Shown here: positions 31,050 through 40,396 of the stretch, one piece after another
How the letters are laid out: every line of letters starts with the position of its first letter
How positions within the stretch are numbered: the first letter of the stretch is position 1
Assembly: GCA_963815455.1 (NCBI GenBank)
Contig: CAWFGO010000003.1
Location: 640,001-704,000, forward strand
Length of the DNA: 64,000 nucleotides
Source of the DNA: an uncultured Verrucomicrobiae bacterium
Lineage (GTDB): Bacteria; Verrucomicrobiota; Verrucomicrobiia; Chthoniobacterales; UBA10450
Direction of reading: 5' to 3'
Translations under genes and position numbers: made by a program
Notes under the pieces: model-generated
What the model was told of the DNA's origin: nothing
Databases searched by the model: none
Seen by the model: the letters and a program-made list of their open reading frames with translations, nothing else

Positions 31050-32630
31050 CTAAGGCTTCGCCGGTGTCGGCGAAAGTGGCGGCCTTCCGCTGGCTTCACG
31101 TTCGAGGGCGCGTAGTAACGGCGCCGCCGGCGTATCGGGCACCGTTCTCATCGTCGTGCGGATAAGCGCGAGCGCGCGTTTCGGTTTTTTCAGTTTGATC
31201 CATGCGTCCGATTCCTCCAGCACAACGCGGACAATGTCGTCGCGCTTGGTGTAGTAGGTGCGAGCCAACTGGAAATTGTTGGTCGCGGCAGCGAAATGTT
31301 CCTCCCGCGCCTCCATAAGCCCGAGATCCTCCATCATTGGACCGTTGTGCGCCTGCATCGCGACCTGCCGCGCCGCCACGCGAAATTGCGGCGCCGGGAT
31401 CGTGGCATTCTGAACCACGAATTCGTGATACATCTTCCAATCGTTGGCACTTCTCACCGAATCTGGCAGCGCCGTGATCTTGAGCCACGACGAGTACGGC
31501 CGATAAAGCGGATCGCCGACCATCACCGACATCCAGGAGAGCGCGCGCATCGACATGTAGGCGCTCTCGGCAAAGGTAAACCCGTGAAGCAGACGATCGT
31601 TGAAAATATCCAGCTGCGCAGTGAGCTGTAGATACGGCTCGTAAACGTTGCCCATGCTGGCAACGGCGCCTTTTGAAACCAGTGGGCCGACCCAGTCCGC
31701 ATTCGGATCGCGCAGGGTGTGCGCGCTAAAGGAATGGATATGAACGGCCACCGCTCCCGGCACAAAACGGAAATCGGGCCGGGCAAACGGACCCGCCGCG
31801 TCGGCCGCGTACCATCCATAATAAAGCGCGCAATCGGTTATCGGATATGTCTCGGGAAAAATTTCCGGCGCGTTATCGTAAATGGTCGGGATTCCCGCCT
31901 TGTGAAGTTGCTGAGTTATATCGCCAAGCCATTGATCGCCCATGGCCAAACCCATTCCGCTGTTGTGGGCGCCATCGACATAGGCCCGGCCCCAGAGCCC
32001 GTTTTTTTCCGCGGCGATTGCATCGACAATCATTCGTCGCACCGTCGCGGCGCTCGGCGCGTCGAGGCGGCACACCAGCAACAGCCCAATATTATCGAAA
32101 TCGCCGATCGCCCGGAAGATTTTGAAATATGGATTCGATGCGAAACCGGAAATCTGGCGCGCGGTAGCGGCCAGCATGGCCAGCTCCGCATCAACGCACG
32201 CTTCGTTGCGATTACCGATCGGGCCCGGCCCGGGCGTGTCGCCCGGATAATCCGCGGTCGAACGAATCTTTAGCGGAATGCCTCTGATAACAGCGACGAA
32301 CCGGATGGAGCTTTCCGTTGTCGATGTTCCCTGCGCCAGCGGGCGAATTGTCCACCAACCGTGTTCCTTGAATGCATCGCGAAGCGGGCCCGCGATATCG
32401 TCATCGTACTCGGCGCGGCTAATTTCCTCCTGAGTGGAACAACTTAGCCCAACCAGATGATCGACCGCGATCCCGCGCTGCTGGGCGTAAAATTTCGCCA
32501 GCGAAACCGATTCAGACAATGTCTTGTTGTAAATGACAATGGTCGAATCCGCGAGGGATGGATCGGCTCGAGCATCGAGCACGATTACGAGCACGATTAC
32601 GACCGGAAGAAAAAATCGAAAACGTCTCAT
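31050..32630 (-). CDS. TIGR03790-family exported protein with TPR-like tail
   Basis: SVSLAKFYAQQRGI, LVCRLDAP, YYGWY, FVPGAVAVHIHSFSA, GNVYEPYL, VGDPLYRP. Confidence 0.8.
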   Translation of the reverse strand: MRRFRFFLPVVIVLVIVLDARADPSLADSTIVIYNKTLSESVSLAKFYAQQRGIAVDHLVGLSCSTQEEISRAEYDDDIAGPLRDAFKEHGWWTIRPLAQGTSTTESSIRFVAVIRGIPLKIRSTADYPGDTPGPGPIGNRNEACVDAELAMLAATARQISGFASNPYFKIFRAIGDFDNIGLLLVCRLDAPSAATVRRMIVDAIAAEKNGLWGRAYVDGAHNSGMGLAMGDQWLGDITQQLHKAGIPTIYDNAPEIFPETYPITDCALYYGWYAADAAGPFARPDFRFVPGAVAVHIHSFSAHTLRDPNADWVGPLVSKGAVASMGNVYEPYLQLTAQLDIFNDRLLHGFTFAESAYMSMRALSWMSVMVGDPLYRPYSSWLKITALPDSVRSANDWKMYHEFVVQNATIPAPQFRVAARQVAMQAHNGPMMEDLGLMEAREEHFAAATNNFQLARTYYTKRDDIVRVVLEESDAWIKLKKPKRALALIRTTMRTVPDTPAAPLLRALEREASGRPPLSPTPAKP

Positions 32631-33431
32631 TTACAGATGAAGCTTGAGGCCGTCATACGCGATGTGCGTATGCGCCGGAAGCCGCGATTCGGCCGCTTGC
32701 GGGAGATCGTGGCAAACATGAGTGAAATAAGTCTCCTCCGGACGCACCCGCGCCGCCGCTTCGATCGCTTGACCGACACTCAAATGAGTCGGATGCGGCT
32801 TGTCGCGAAGCGCGTCGATAATCAACACCTTCACTCCGGCGATAAGATCGACAATCGCTTCCGGCACCGCGCTGCAATCGCTTAGATAGGCAACGAGCTT
32901 TTGCCCGTCGCGCGAGAAAAGATATCCGTTGACGACCGAATTGCCGTGCGGCACCGGCAACGGAGTAATGATTGTCGATCCTAGTTCGAACGGTCCAGCA
33001 ATGACGTGCGGTTCGGGTTTCAAGTAATAGGGAATCGGATTGCTCGCCTGAAAGGCGAACTGAAAAACGCGCTCCAAATCGCCCATCGTTTCGGGAGAAG
33101 CATAAACCGGCATCGAGCCGCGCGCGTGCGAGAACCGGCGCAGATCGTCGAAGCCCATGATGTGATCGGTATGCGAATGGGTGAAAACAACCGCATCGAG
33201 TCGCCGAATATTTTCGCGAAGAGCTTGGGTCCGAAAATCAGTCCCCGTGTCCACTACCCAGGCGCATTCGGGCGTTTCGACATAAATGGACGAGCGCAGC
33301 CGTTGATCGCGCGGATCAGGCGACCGGCAGACCTCGCAATCGCAACCGATCATCGGCACACCCTGCGATGTGCCAGTGCCAAGGAAAGTGAGCGTTAACC
33401 CCGACTTGAGCTTTGAATCTTGAATTGGCAA
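32631..33431 (-). CDS. MBL-fold metallohydrolase (PhnP-like)
   Basis: LGTGTSQGVP..GC.C..C, THSHTDHIMGFDDLR, HPTHL, AYDGL. Confidence 0.9.
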   Translation of the reverse strand: MPIQDSKLKSGLTLTFLGTGTSQGVPMIGCDCEVCRSPDPRDQRLRSSIYVETPECAWVVDTGTDFRTQALRENIRRLDAVVFTHSHTDHIMGFDDLRRFSHARGSMPVYASPETMGDLERVFQFAFQASNPIPYYLKPEPHVIAGPFELGSTIITPLPVPHGNSVVNGYLFSRDGQKLVAYLSDCSAVPEAIVDLIAGVKVLIIDALRDKPHPTHLSVGQAIEAAARVRPEETYFTHVCHDLPQAAESRLPAHTHIAYDGLKLHL

Positions 33432-33437
33432 GCTGCC

Positions 33438-33484
33438 ACTCTCAACTCAACCACTCCACCTCTCAACTCCTCAACCGCTCAACT
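33438..33484. repeat. Imperfect 7-bp tandem repeat (CTCAACT-like)
   Basis: ctctcaactcaaccactccacctctcaactcctcaaccgctcaact in the short divergent spacer before recN. Confidence 0.6.
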
Positions 33485-33489
33485 TCCAG

Positions 33490-35152
33490 ATGCCCGCTGT
33501 TCTCAATCTCCTGCGAATCAAAAATCTCGCGCTCGTAGAGGAACTTGAGTGGCAGATTGCGCCGGGCTTCGTCGCGGTCACGGGTGAAACCGGCGCGGGC
33601 AAATCGATCATCATTGGCGCGCTGCAACTTGTGCTGGGCGAGCGCGCCGATAAATCGCTTATTCGCACTGGCACCGATCTGTGCACCGTCGAAGCCGTCT
33701 TCAGTGGAGCGGATTTGCAAAAGCTAAATCCGCAGCTGGTCGGAGCGGGGGTCGAGCCGTGCGAGGACGAGTTGATTATCAAGCGAACGATTTCGGCAAG
33801 CGGCGCCAATCGCCAGTTCATCAACGGTTCGCCAACGACATTGTCGATCCTCAAGAATCTCGGCGACGACCTTGTCGATCTGCACGGACCGCACGATCAC
33901 CAGTCGTTGCTCTCGCCGGAAAAGCAGTTGGGTCTGCTCGATTCGTTCGCGCGCGCAGGCGAGCAGCTCGACGAGTATCGAAAGCATTACCGCCAATTAC
34001 AGACACTTCTGGCCGAACACGCCGCTCTTAATACCGCCGAGACCGCCCGGGAACAGGAACTCGATCTCCTCCGTCATCAAACTCGCGAAATCACGGCGGC
34101 CAATCTGGTCGCAGGCGAAGAAGAAGAAATCGAGAACCGCTACAAACTGGCCAGCAACAGCAAACGCCTGATCGAACTGGCTGGCGCGGTTGCCAACAAA
34201 CTGTCCGAAGCCGACGAGTCCGTTCTATCGCAATTATCGGAGACGCAACGCCTGCTGCGCGAGCTGGAGAAGATCGACAATTCCATTTCGCAGTTTTCTA
34301 CCGGACACGAGAGCGCGGTGGTTGAGCTCTCCGAAATCGCGCGTTCGCTTTCCGATTATGCCCAGAAACTCGATCTCGATCCGGAACAACTGGCCGCGCT
34401 CGAACAGCGCGTTTCTCTCTTCGAAACTCTAAAGCGCAAATACGGCGGCTCAATCGCCGAAGTCATCGCGTTCGGTGAGCGCGCCGCCGAGCGAATGCGC
34501 AAGATCGAAGGACGCGACGCCGAGCTGGAACGCCTGGCGAAAGAAATTGACAATGTTCGCGCGCAGATGAATCGCGCTGGTGATGCTCTGCGAAAACTGC
34601 GGACCAAAGTCCGCGCCGAAACTTTCCGAAAATATCCGGCGCAATCTGCGCGACCTCGGATTTCGTCAGTCCGAGTTCGAAGGGAAACTAGACGCGCTGG
34701 ACCAGCCGCGCCCGAACGGATTCGATTCGGTGGAATTACTCTTCTCACCAAACCCGGGCGAGCCGCTCAAACCGTTGCGCGCCATCGCCTCGAGCGGTGA
34801 AATCTCCCGGCTGATGCTGGCGATCAAATCCGCATTGGCCGTGCACGACGAAATTCCATTGCTGGTGTTCGACGAGATCGACACCAACGTCGGTGGCGAG
34901 ATCGCGCACGCCGTCGGAGCCAAAATGCAAACGTTAGGCCGGGACCATCAGGTCCTGTGCATCACTCATCTTCCTCAAGTCGCCGCAACTGCTTCGTCTC
35001 ATTTTGTTGTGACAAAAGAAGTCGTCCGCGGCCGCACCTATTCGCAACTGCGCGAAGTCTCCGGCAAAGGTCGCCGCGAAGAAATCGCAAGGATGCTCGG
35101 CGGAAAAAGTGAATCGGCGCTGGAACTCGCCGCAACATTGTTGAGAGAATAG
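33490..35152 (+). CDS. recN: DNA repair protein RecN; frameshift ~34608
   Basis: TGETGAGKSII, DLHGPHDHQ, then IASSGEISRLML, LVFDEID, CITHLPQVAA in ORF 34580..35152. Confidence 0.93.
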
Positions 35153-35196
35153 TGACTGCGAATCAGGCGTATACGGACATTTGCGTGTTTCAGAAA

Positions 35197-35291
35197 AGTC
35201 ATCCCGAGCGAAGTCGAGGGATACCGATGCGCACGCTTGAAGCGAACTCCGCGGGATCCTTCGACTTCCCTACGCTCCGCTCAGGATGACA
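35197..35291. repeat. GTCAT...ATGACA palindromic element, copy D
   Basis: gtcatcccgagcgaagtcgaggga...tccttcgac...cgctcaggatgaca. Confidence 0.85.
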
Positions 35292-35341
35292 TTATTAGGT
35301 GGCGACCCCATCTGCTTTCCATCCGGTGTGTCGGCGTGCGA

Positions 35342-36814
35342 TCACCGCCTGATCAATACGTAGCCAGAGCCGCGCTCGTCTTTCCGCGCTTCTGATTTCA
35401 ATTCCGATAGCGCGGCATCGTGAAGTTGACGCATCAACATCGGCGCGTCCTCGGCCGGAACCACCAGCGCATCGACATTTCCGCGATTCCATTCGGCAAT
35501 TGCGCGCTCGGATTTCAGGAAATGCGGCCTGCGCAAGTAGAGAAGAAGTCCCTCATCGCTTCCCCAAACTGGTTCGTAGCGCCAGTGGTGTTTCTCCGCG
35601 TCGGCTCGGACTTTCTTACCGAAAGTGACAAGTGCATCACGATGATCGCGATAACCGGCAACGACCTTCGCCGTCGCGTAAACACTCGTGAACAGGATCG
35701 ACACGGCCAACGCAATCGCGGTCCAGAGATAGATACGACTGCGGGTTTGTTCGCTTCGCAAACCATGTGCGACCTGTGTCGCCAGAAGCAAACAGAGCGG
35801 CGGAATCACCGGGAAAATCCGGTCCACGCGCTTGGATGGAATCAGCGACATCGCCAGCAAACCGCCCAGGCTCCAGCAGATCAGCCAGAACGTTTCCGGC
35901 GATACTTGTCGAAACGCTTCGCGAAATTTCCAATTGATCGCGCGAAGATCGACAACTACCAGCGCGATCATCAGCACGCTCCAGGGGGCAAACTTGTGGA
36001 GGAGATGGGGCAAATAAAAATAGAATGGCTGGGGACGATGGACCGTTTCGCCAAAACGTCCCACGAACTCGTGCATCACAACCTCGTTGAAGAAACCGGG
36101 CTGAAAAACAATCCCGCCGGCAACCCACAAAAGAAAAATTCCCAGCGACGCCAGCCATGGCCACCAGCCGCAGCCACGCGCAGATGTGGGAATTTTGCGG
36201 CGCGACCACACAAAGATGAGAACGCCTGGAAACAAAAACGCATAAACAATCGGGCCTTTTATCAGCATTGCCGCGGTCAGCAGCAAGAAGAGCAACCCTC
36301 GGTCGCGCGTATCCCAGCTGCGCTTTTCTCGAATATGGGTCCAAATTTGCAGCCCGATCGAGAAAATCACCAGCGCAAGCGGCATGTCGGTACGGACAAG
36401 CGTGGCCAGGCGCGGACTTAGCAGATTGAATCCGAATGCGCTCAGCGCGATCAATCCAGCCACTACGCCGTAAGACGAAGTTGCGGAACGAAACAATAAC
36501 ATCGACATCGCAATCGCGGCGAAAAACGACGGCAATCGCCAAGCCACAGTCCACGATCGAGTCACCACAAAAAGGCCGGACGAAATCCATCCCACCAGCG
36601 GCGGCTTTGTTGCGACGTGATCGTGCGGTGTTTGTTGATAGAACCAGTGACCTTCCTTCACCATCTCGAACGACGTGTAGGCCTGCTTCGCCTGATCGTA
36701 ATTGTCGAGTTGCCAGGGAAGATTCGTGGCCAGAAAGAGGAGGAGCATCAACGCGCTGACGATCCAGAGCGTGCGCCGGTCTGTGAGAAGTGATTTCACA
36801 ATCTGCCCGTTCAT
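35342..36814 (-). CDS. ArnT/GT39-like polyprenyl-phosphate-sugar glycosyltransferase
   Basis: TKPPLVGW, WRLPS, RTDM, IKGPI, HRPQPFYFY, SKRVDRIFP; multi-TM. Confidence 0.8.
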   Translation of the reverse strand: MNGQIVKSLLTDRRTLWIVSALMLLLFLATNLPWQLDNYDQAKQAYTSFEMVKEGHWFYQQTPHDHVATKPPLVGWISSGLFVVTRSWTVAWRLPSFFAAIAMSMLLFRSATSSYGVVAGLIALSAFGFNLLSPRLATLVRTDMPLALVIFSIGLQIWTHIREKRSWDTRDRGLLFLLLTAAMLIKGPIVYAFLFPGVLIFVWSRRKIPTSARGCGWWPWLASLGIFLLWVAGGIVFQPGFFNEVVMHEFVGRFGETVHRPQPFYFYLPHLLHKFAPWSVLMIALVVVDLRAINWKFREAFRQVSPETFWLICWSLGGLLAMSLIPSKRVDRIFPVIPPLCLLLATQVAHGLRSEQTRSRIYLWTAIALAVSILFTSVYATAKVVAGYRDHRDALVTFGKKVRADAEKHHWRYEPVWGSDEGLLLYLRRPHFLKSERAIAEWNRGNVDALVVPAEDAPMLMRQLHDAALSELKSEARKDERGSGYVLIRR

Positions 36815-36845
36815 GAATAGCCACGAAAAGGAATGCGACGCATCT

Positions 36846-36910
36846 CATTAACACCGGCCTTTAGGCCGGTGACCACGAACGCGGAACGCAAGAAGCCGTT
36901 TCAACGGCTT
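36846..36910. repeat. Left REP-like pair of the tnpA-like gene
   Basis: cattaacaccggcctttaggccggtg (36846-36871) plus aagccgtttcaacggctt (36893-36910). Confidence 0.88.
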
Positions 36911-37353
36911 TCCTCCCCTCTCCACTTTAGCCCATGGCGTTCGATAAATTCCTTAAGTTCCTCTCCAAATGTCCGCACGCAGTGATGTTGTTCCTGCCCC
37001 GAAATGTACGCGGCGACTTCCCCAACATTCGATTCCGAGACTGAGAATGCTCCGTAACCTCGTCCCCACGCGAATTTTCCCGCGATAAGATTGTTCGCAT
37101 TGATCCAGTGCGAGGAACTCCCCTTGAATAATTGCACTACGTCCTCGATTGAGACGCCGGTTGGAAGGTCGATGAGGGCATGAACGTGATCGGCGTTCAC
37201 GTAATTGATCTTCACGTAGATGCCCTTCGACGCGGCGTACTCGCTGATATATCCAGACACACGCACCGCCGCGTCTTTGTTCAGGAGTCTTTCCCGGTTC
37301 AGAGTGCCCCAGATCAGATGCACCCAGCACTGCGAATAGGAATGCAACGACAT
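36901..37353 (-). mobile_element. tnpA: IS200/IS605-type Y1 HUH transposase (TnpA/RAYT-like), no tnpB
   Basis: VHLIWGT, DHVH (HUH), KGSSSHW, FAWGRGYGAFSVS, AYISGQEQHH (catalytic Tyr and Gln). Confidence 0.9.
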
Positions 37354-37366
37354 CTCGGCGAGCCTA

Positions 37367-37430
37367 AGCCGTTAAAACGGCTCATGTCCATCCCCTGAGC
37401 GGAGCACCGGCCTGAAGGCCGGTGTTAATG
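37367..37430. repeat. Right REP-like pair of the tnpA-like gene (inverted)
   Basis: agccgttaaaacggct plus caccggcctgaaggccggtgttaatg (37405-37430), the reverse complement of 36846-36871 with one mismatch. Confidence 0.88.
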
Positions 37431-37459
37431 GGAACGGCATGTCTTAAGAACAGAGTTGT

Positions 37460-37518
37460 CAGTAACACCTGTCTTAGACCTGTGCTTCCGCGCGCGCCAG
37501 TCAGCCGTTTCAACGGTT
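37460..37518. repeat. Third, degenerate copy of the same REP pair overlapping the lpxB stop codon
   Basis: cagtaacacctgtcttagacctgtg followed by agccgtttcaacggtt. Confidence 0.7.
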
Positions 37519-38853
37519 TTCCATCATCGCGCCCAGCTCCTCGATAATCGCCCGGGCCGCTTTGTCGCTTGCACCACCTTGCCCGAGTTTGGCGATGACC
37601 GAGTCGAATTCAGCAATCATCTTTTCGCGAGCGCCCGCATCCTTCATGAGGCGCGACACAGTCTCGGCAATCGCGACCGGGCTTGCGCGATGTTGAATGA
37701 ATTCAGGCACGACTTCCTTGTTCGCGAGAACGTTCGGCATCCCGAGATGCTTCACGTTCACGACCATTCGCGCCGCGAGATAGGTCGGCCACGCGACTTT
37801 GTAAACGAGGACGAACGGCATCCGGAAATACGCGGCTTCGAGCGTTGCGCTTCCCGACGCTACGATCCCGACGAAAGCACGCTGCATGATTGCAGCAGTT
37901 TCACCGGTCGTGATTTGGAATAAGTGCTGCCCCGGGCGGAGCATCTCGTTCATTTCGGCGGCCAGTTCTTGCGACGCCGCGGCCACTTCAAAGCGCAATT
38001 GTGGTTTCGATCGCGCAAGCTCATTCGCCGCGGCGATCATGATCGGGAAAATCTTGCGGACTTCGCGTCGCCGGCTTCCCGGGAAAAGCCCGATCAGGTT
38101 CGGATCGCGTTCAATGTCGCCGGACCCGCCTGCGGCGGGCAGCACCTTCGCTTCACCCGCTGGCTCGGTTCGTATCGCAGTGTTTGAAGGGGCTGGGCGA
38201 TCCAGCTGGTTCTGCGAACCAGCTGCCCTTCGGGCGCGAAGCGGATCGATCTTCAAGCCACGCAACCGATCGATCATGGGATGACCGACAAATTCCGTGC
38301 GCAGGCCTGATTTATTGTAGAGCTCGGCCTCGAACGGGAAAATGCAGAGCATCAGATCGAGAAATTGCGCCATCTTCTCAATGCGTCCGCGGTTCCAGGC
38401 CCAGACCTGGGGGCTGATGTAGTAAATGATTTTTTGTTGGGGCGATTTTTCCCGGAGAGTGCGGGCAAGGCGCAAATTGAATCCCGGATAATCGATCAGC
38501 ACAACGGCGTCGGGCTTGGCTTTCTCAATTTCGCCGAGCGTTTCGTGGAATTGCTTTCGGAAATAACCGTATTTCTTGATCACTTCCCACAAGCCAAGAA
38601 CAGCCGCCTCACCCAACCAATCGGTGAAATTCGCCCCGGCGATCGCCCGCATCTGCGGACCACCTCGGCCGAAGAAATTAAGTCCGCCTTTGGACGGACT
38701 CGCCGTGGCGAGATCGACATCGCGCTTGCGCAGCGAAGACATCAACGCTGCGCCGTGATTATCGCCGCTCGCTTCGCCAGCGACGAAGTAGAGTGATTTC
38801 GCTTTCGGAGGGACGTGCTTTCGCACGTCCTCGCTTGTGTGATCATTCACCAT
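37510..38853 (-). CDS. lpxB: Lipid-A-disaccharide synthase with repeat-derived insertions
   Basis: VAGEASGD, IDYPGFNL, YISPQVWAW, IFPFE, FVGHP, FPGSR..E, SGSATLE, VPEFIQ. Confidence 0.95.
   Translation of the reverse strand: MVNDHTSEDVRKHVPPKAKSLYFVAGEASGDNHGAALMSSLRKRDVDLATASPSKGGLNFFGRGGPQMRAIAGANFTDWLGEAAVLGLWEVIKKYGYFRKQFHETLGEIEKAKPDAVVLIDYPGFNLRLARTLREKSPQQKIIYYISPQVWAWNRGRIEKMAQFLDLMLCIFPFEAELYNKSGLRTEFVGHPMIDRLRGLKIDPLRARRAAGSQNQLDRPAPSNTAIRTEPAGEAKVLPAAGGSGDIERDPNLIGLFPGSRRREVRKIFPIMIAAANELARSKPQLRFEVAAASQELAAEMNEMLRPGQHLFQITTGETAAIMQRAFVGIVASGSATLEAAYFRMPFVLVYKVAWPTYLAARMVVNVKHLGMPNVLANKEVVPEFIQHRASPVAIAETVSRLMKDAGAREKMIAEFDSVIAKLGQGGASDKAARAIIEELGAMMENR
38806..38830. repeat. GGAG-type REP (left of RAYT), inside the lpxB 5' coding region
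   Basis: cggag-ggacgtgc-tttc-gcacgtcc. Confidence 0.88.
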
Positions 38854-39356
38854 CGCAACACAGTTAACTCTCCCTGGTACGGCCAATCATCTGCGTTCGC
38901 GACGAGCCCGTGGCGAACGGGATTATTCCGAACATATTCCCATTTGTCGCCGTAACTTTCACCTGAGCGAAGCTGCCGATCCCAGTGATGGCGTTGCCAT
39001 ATCTCGCCCTTGATTTTGTCCATACTGCGCGTGGCGTTAGATTTCCAAAAACGCATCCAGCGTTCCAGGGATGACGGATTCGGATCGTTTGGCGCACAAA
39101 AAAAATGAATATGATCCGGCATAATCACATATCGACCAACGAGCCATTTGGACGCATTTTGCCAGGCGTTGATAATCGCTTGGTGAGCCGAATCCGACGC
39201 GAGGAGTTTGCGGCGATCATTAGTGCAAGTCGTTACAAAAACGATGATCGGTCGGTTATGTGCTTCAAGAGGGGCGAGATGAATCGGATGTTTCCGCTCA
39301 GGAAGAGGCGGACGTGCGGAAGCACGTCCCTCCGCTGATCTAGACCATTCGCTCAT
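38847..39356 (-). mobile_element. REP-associated tyrosine transposase (RAYT)
   Basis: FVTTCT..R, YVIMPDHIH (HUH), IWQRHHWDRQLR, YVRNNPVRHGLV, DWPY; flanked by inverted REPs. Confidence 0.9.
39310..39334. repeat. GGAG-type REP (right of RAYT, inverted)
   Basis: ggacgtgc-ggaa-gcacgtcc-ctccg, the reverse complement of 38806-38830 with one mismatch. Confidence 0.88.
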
Positions 39357-39358
39357 GA

Positions 39359-40285
39359 TCACGAACGCGCATCGGTCGCGATTTTTTTCGTGATTTCCAC
39401 CGCCAGCTCCAGCGCAGCAGTTGCCTGAAAGCCTGAGACGCGCGGCTGACGCCCGGTGCTCGCGCATTCGATAAACGATGCGAGCTGTTGCTTAAGCGGT
39501 TCCTCGCGAGCGATCTGGACTTTGTCGCGCGTGATTCGTCCATCGACTCGCCGATAAATTTCGCCGCTCTGATTTTGATAATCGAGTGAGAGATAGGCGT
39601 CCTCCTGAAAAACGCGAATCTTGCGCATCCGCTCGGGACTGATCCGGCTCGATGTGACATTAGCCACGCAACCGTTCTCGAAACGAATCCGGGCATTGGC
39701 AATGTCTTCGCCTTTGCTCAACACCGGCACACCCACGGCGTCGATGCTCTGCACCGGCGACCGCACCAGATGCAAAATAATTTCGAGATCATGGATCATC
39801 AGATCGAGAACAACGCCGATATCGGTGCTCCGCTCCGGATAAGGCGAAAGCCGATGGGCTTCGATAAAGCGCGGATGAGTCAGACGCTGTTCGAGCGCGC
39901 TCAGGACCGGATTGAATCGCTCCACGTGACCCACCTGCAGGATGAGCCCCTTTCCCGCCGCCAGTTCCGCCAGCTCACTCGCATGGGCGGTGTTATCGGT
40001 GATCGGTTTCTCAATGAGCAGATGTATGCCGCGCTCCGAAAGCTTCTTCCCAATGTCGAAATGAGTATTCGTTGGTGTTGCGACAGATGCAGCGTCTATC
40101 ATTCCCGAAAATTCATCCAGCGAACCAGCCGCCTTGGCGCCGAACTTTTTCGCAATCGAATTGGCCCGCGCAAGATCGACATCATAAACCGCTGAGAACT
40201 CCGCCGACGGGATCTCCGAGTAAATCCGGGCATGATTGCTCCCGATATGGCCCACACCAATAACGCCAACACGCAAAGTCTTCAT
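39359..40285 (-). CDS. Gfo/Idh/MocA oxidoreductase (GnnA-like)
   Basis: GVIGVGHIG, LIEKPI, QVGHVERFNP, VVLDLMIHD, SRIS. Confidence 0.85.
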   Translation of the reverse strand: MKTLRVGVIGVGHIGSNHARIYSEIPSAEFSAVYDVDLARANSIAKKFGAKAAGSLDEFSGMIDAASVATPTNTHFDIGKKLSERGIHLLIEKPITDNTAHASELAELAAGKGLILQVGHVERFNPVLSALEQRLTHPRFIEAHRLSPYPERSTDIGVVLDLMIHDLEIILHLVRSPVQSIDAVGVPVLSKGEDIANARIRFENGCVANVTSSRISPERMRKIRVFQEDAYLSLDYQNQSGEIYRRVDGRITRDKVQIAREEPLKQQLASFIECASTGRQPRVSGFQATAALELAVEITKKIATDARS

Positions 40286-40396
40286 CTCGTTTTGAACGAA
40301 ACGGAATTTCTTTGCTTAAAATTGAAAAATTCTGCTTCGGCGGTGCAACGATCCACACTAACTAGATAAAGTGGTTCAGTCACAAGTAGGAGCAAC

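Noticed and set aside
30251..35152. lpxA and recN as pseudogenes or programmed frameshifts
   Set aside because: Each is restored by removing one base in a short homopolymer (~30813, ~34608) and both halves are well conserved. Similar breaks occur across the window, which fits sequencing indels.
35420..36854. Long antisense and alternate-frame ORFs (e.g. 35420..36421, 35637..36854, 46808..48013, 42146..43180)
   Set aside because: Shadow ORFs of well-supported genes, expected in high-GC DNA; no recognisable motifs.
36901..37353. IS605 element with TnpB/omega RNA
   Set aside because: No tnpB or room for it; the flanks are symmetric REP-like repeats.
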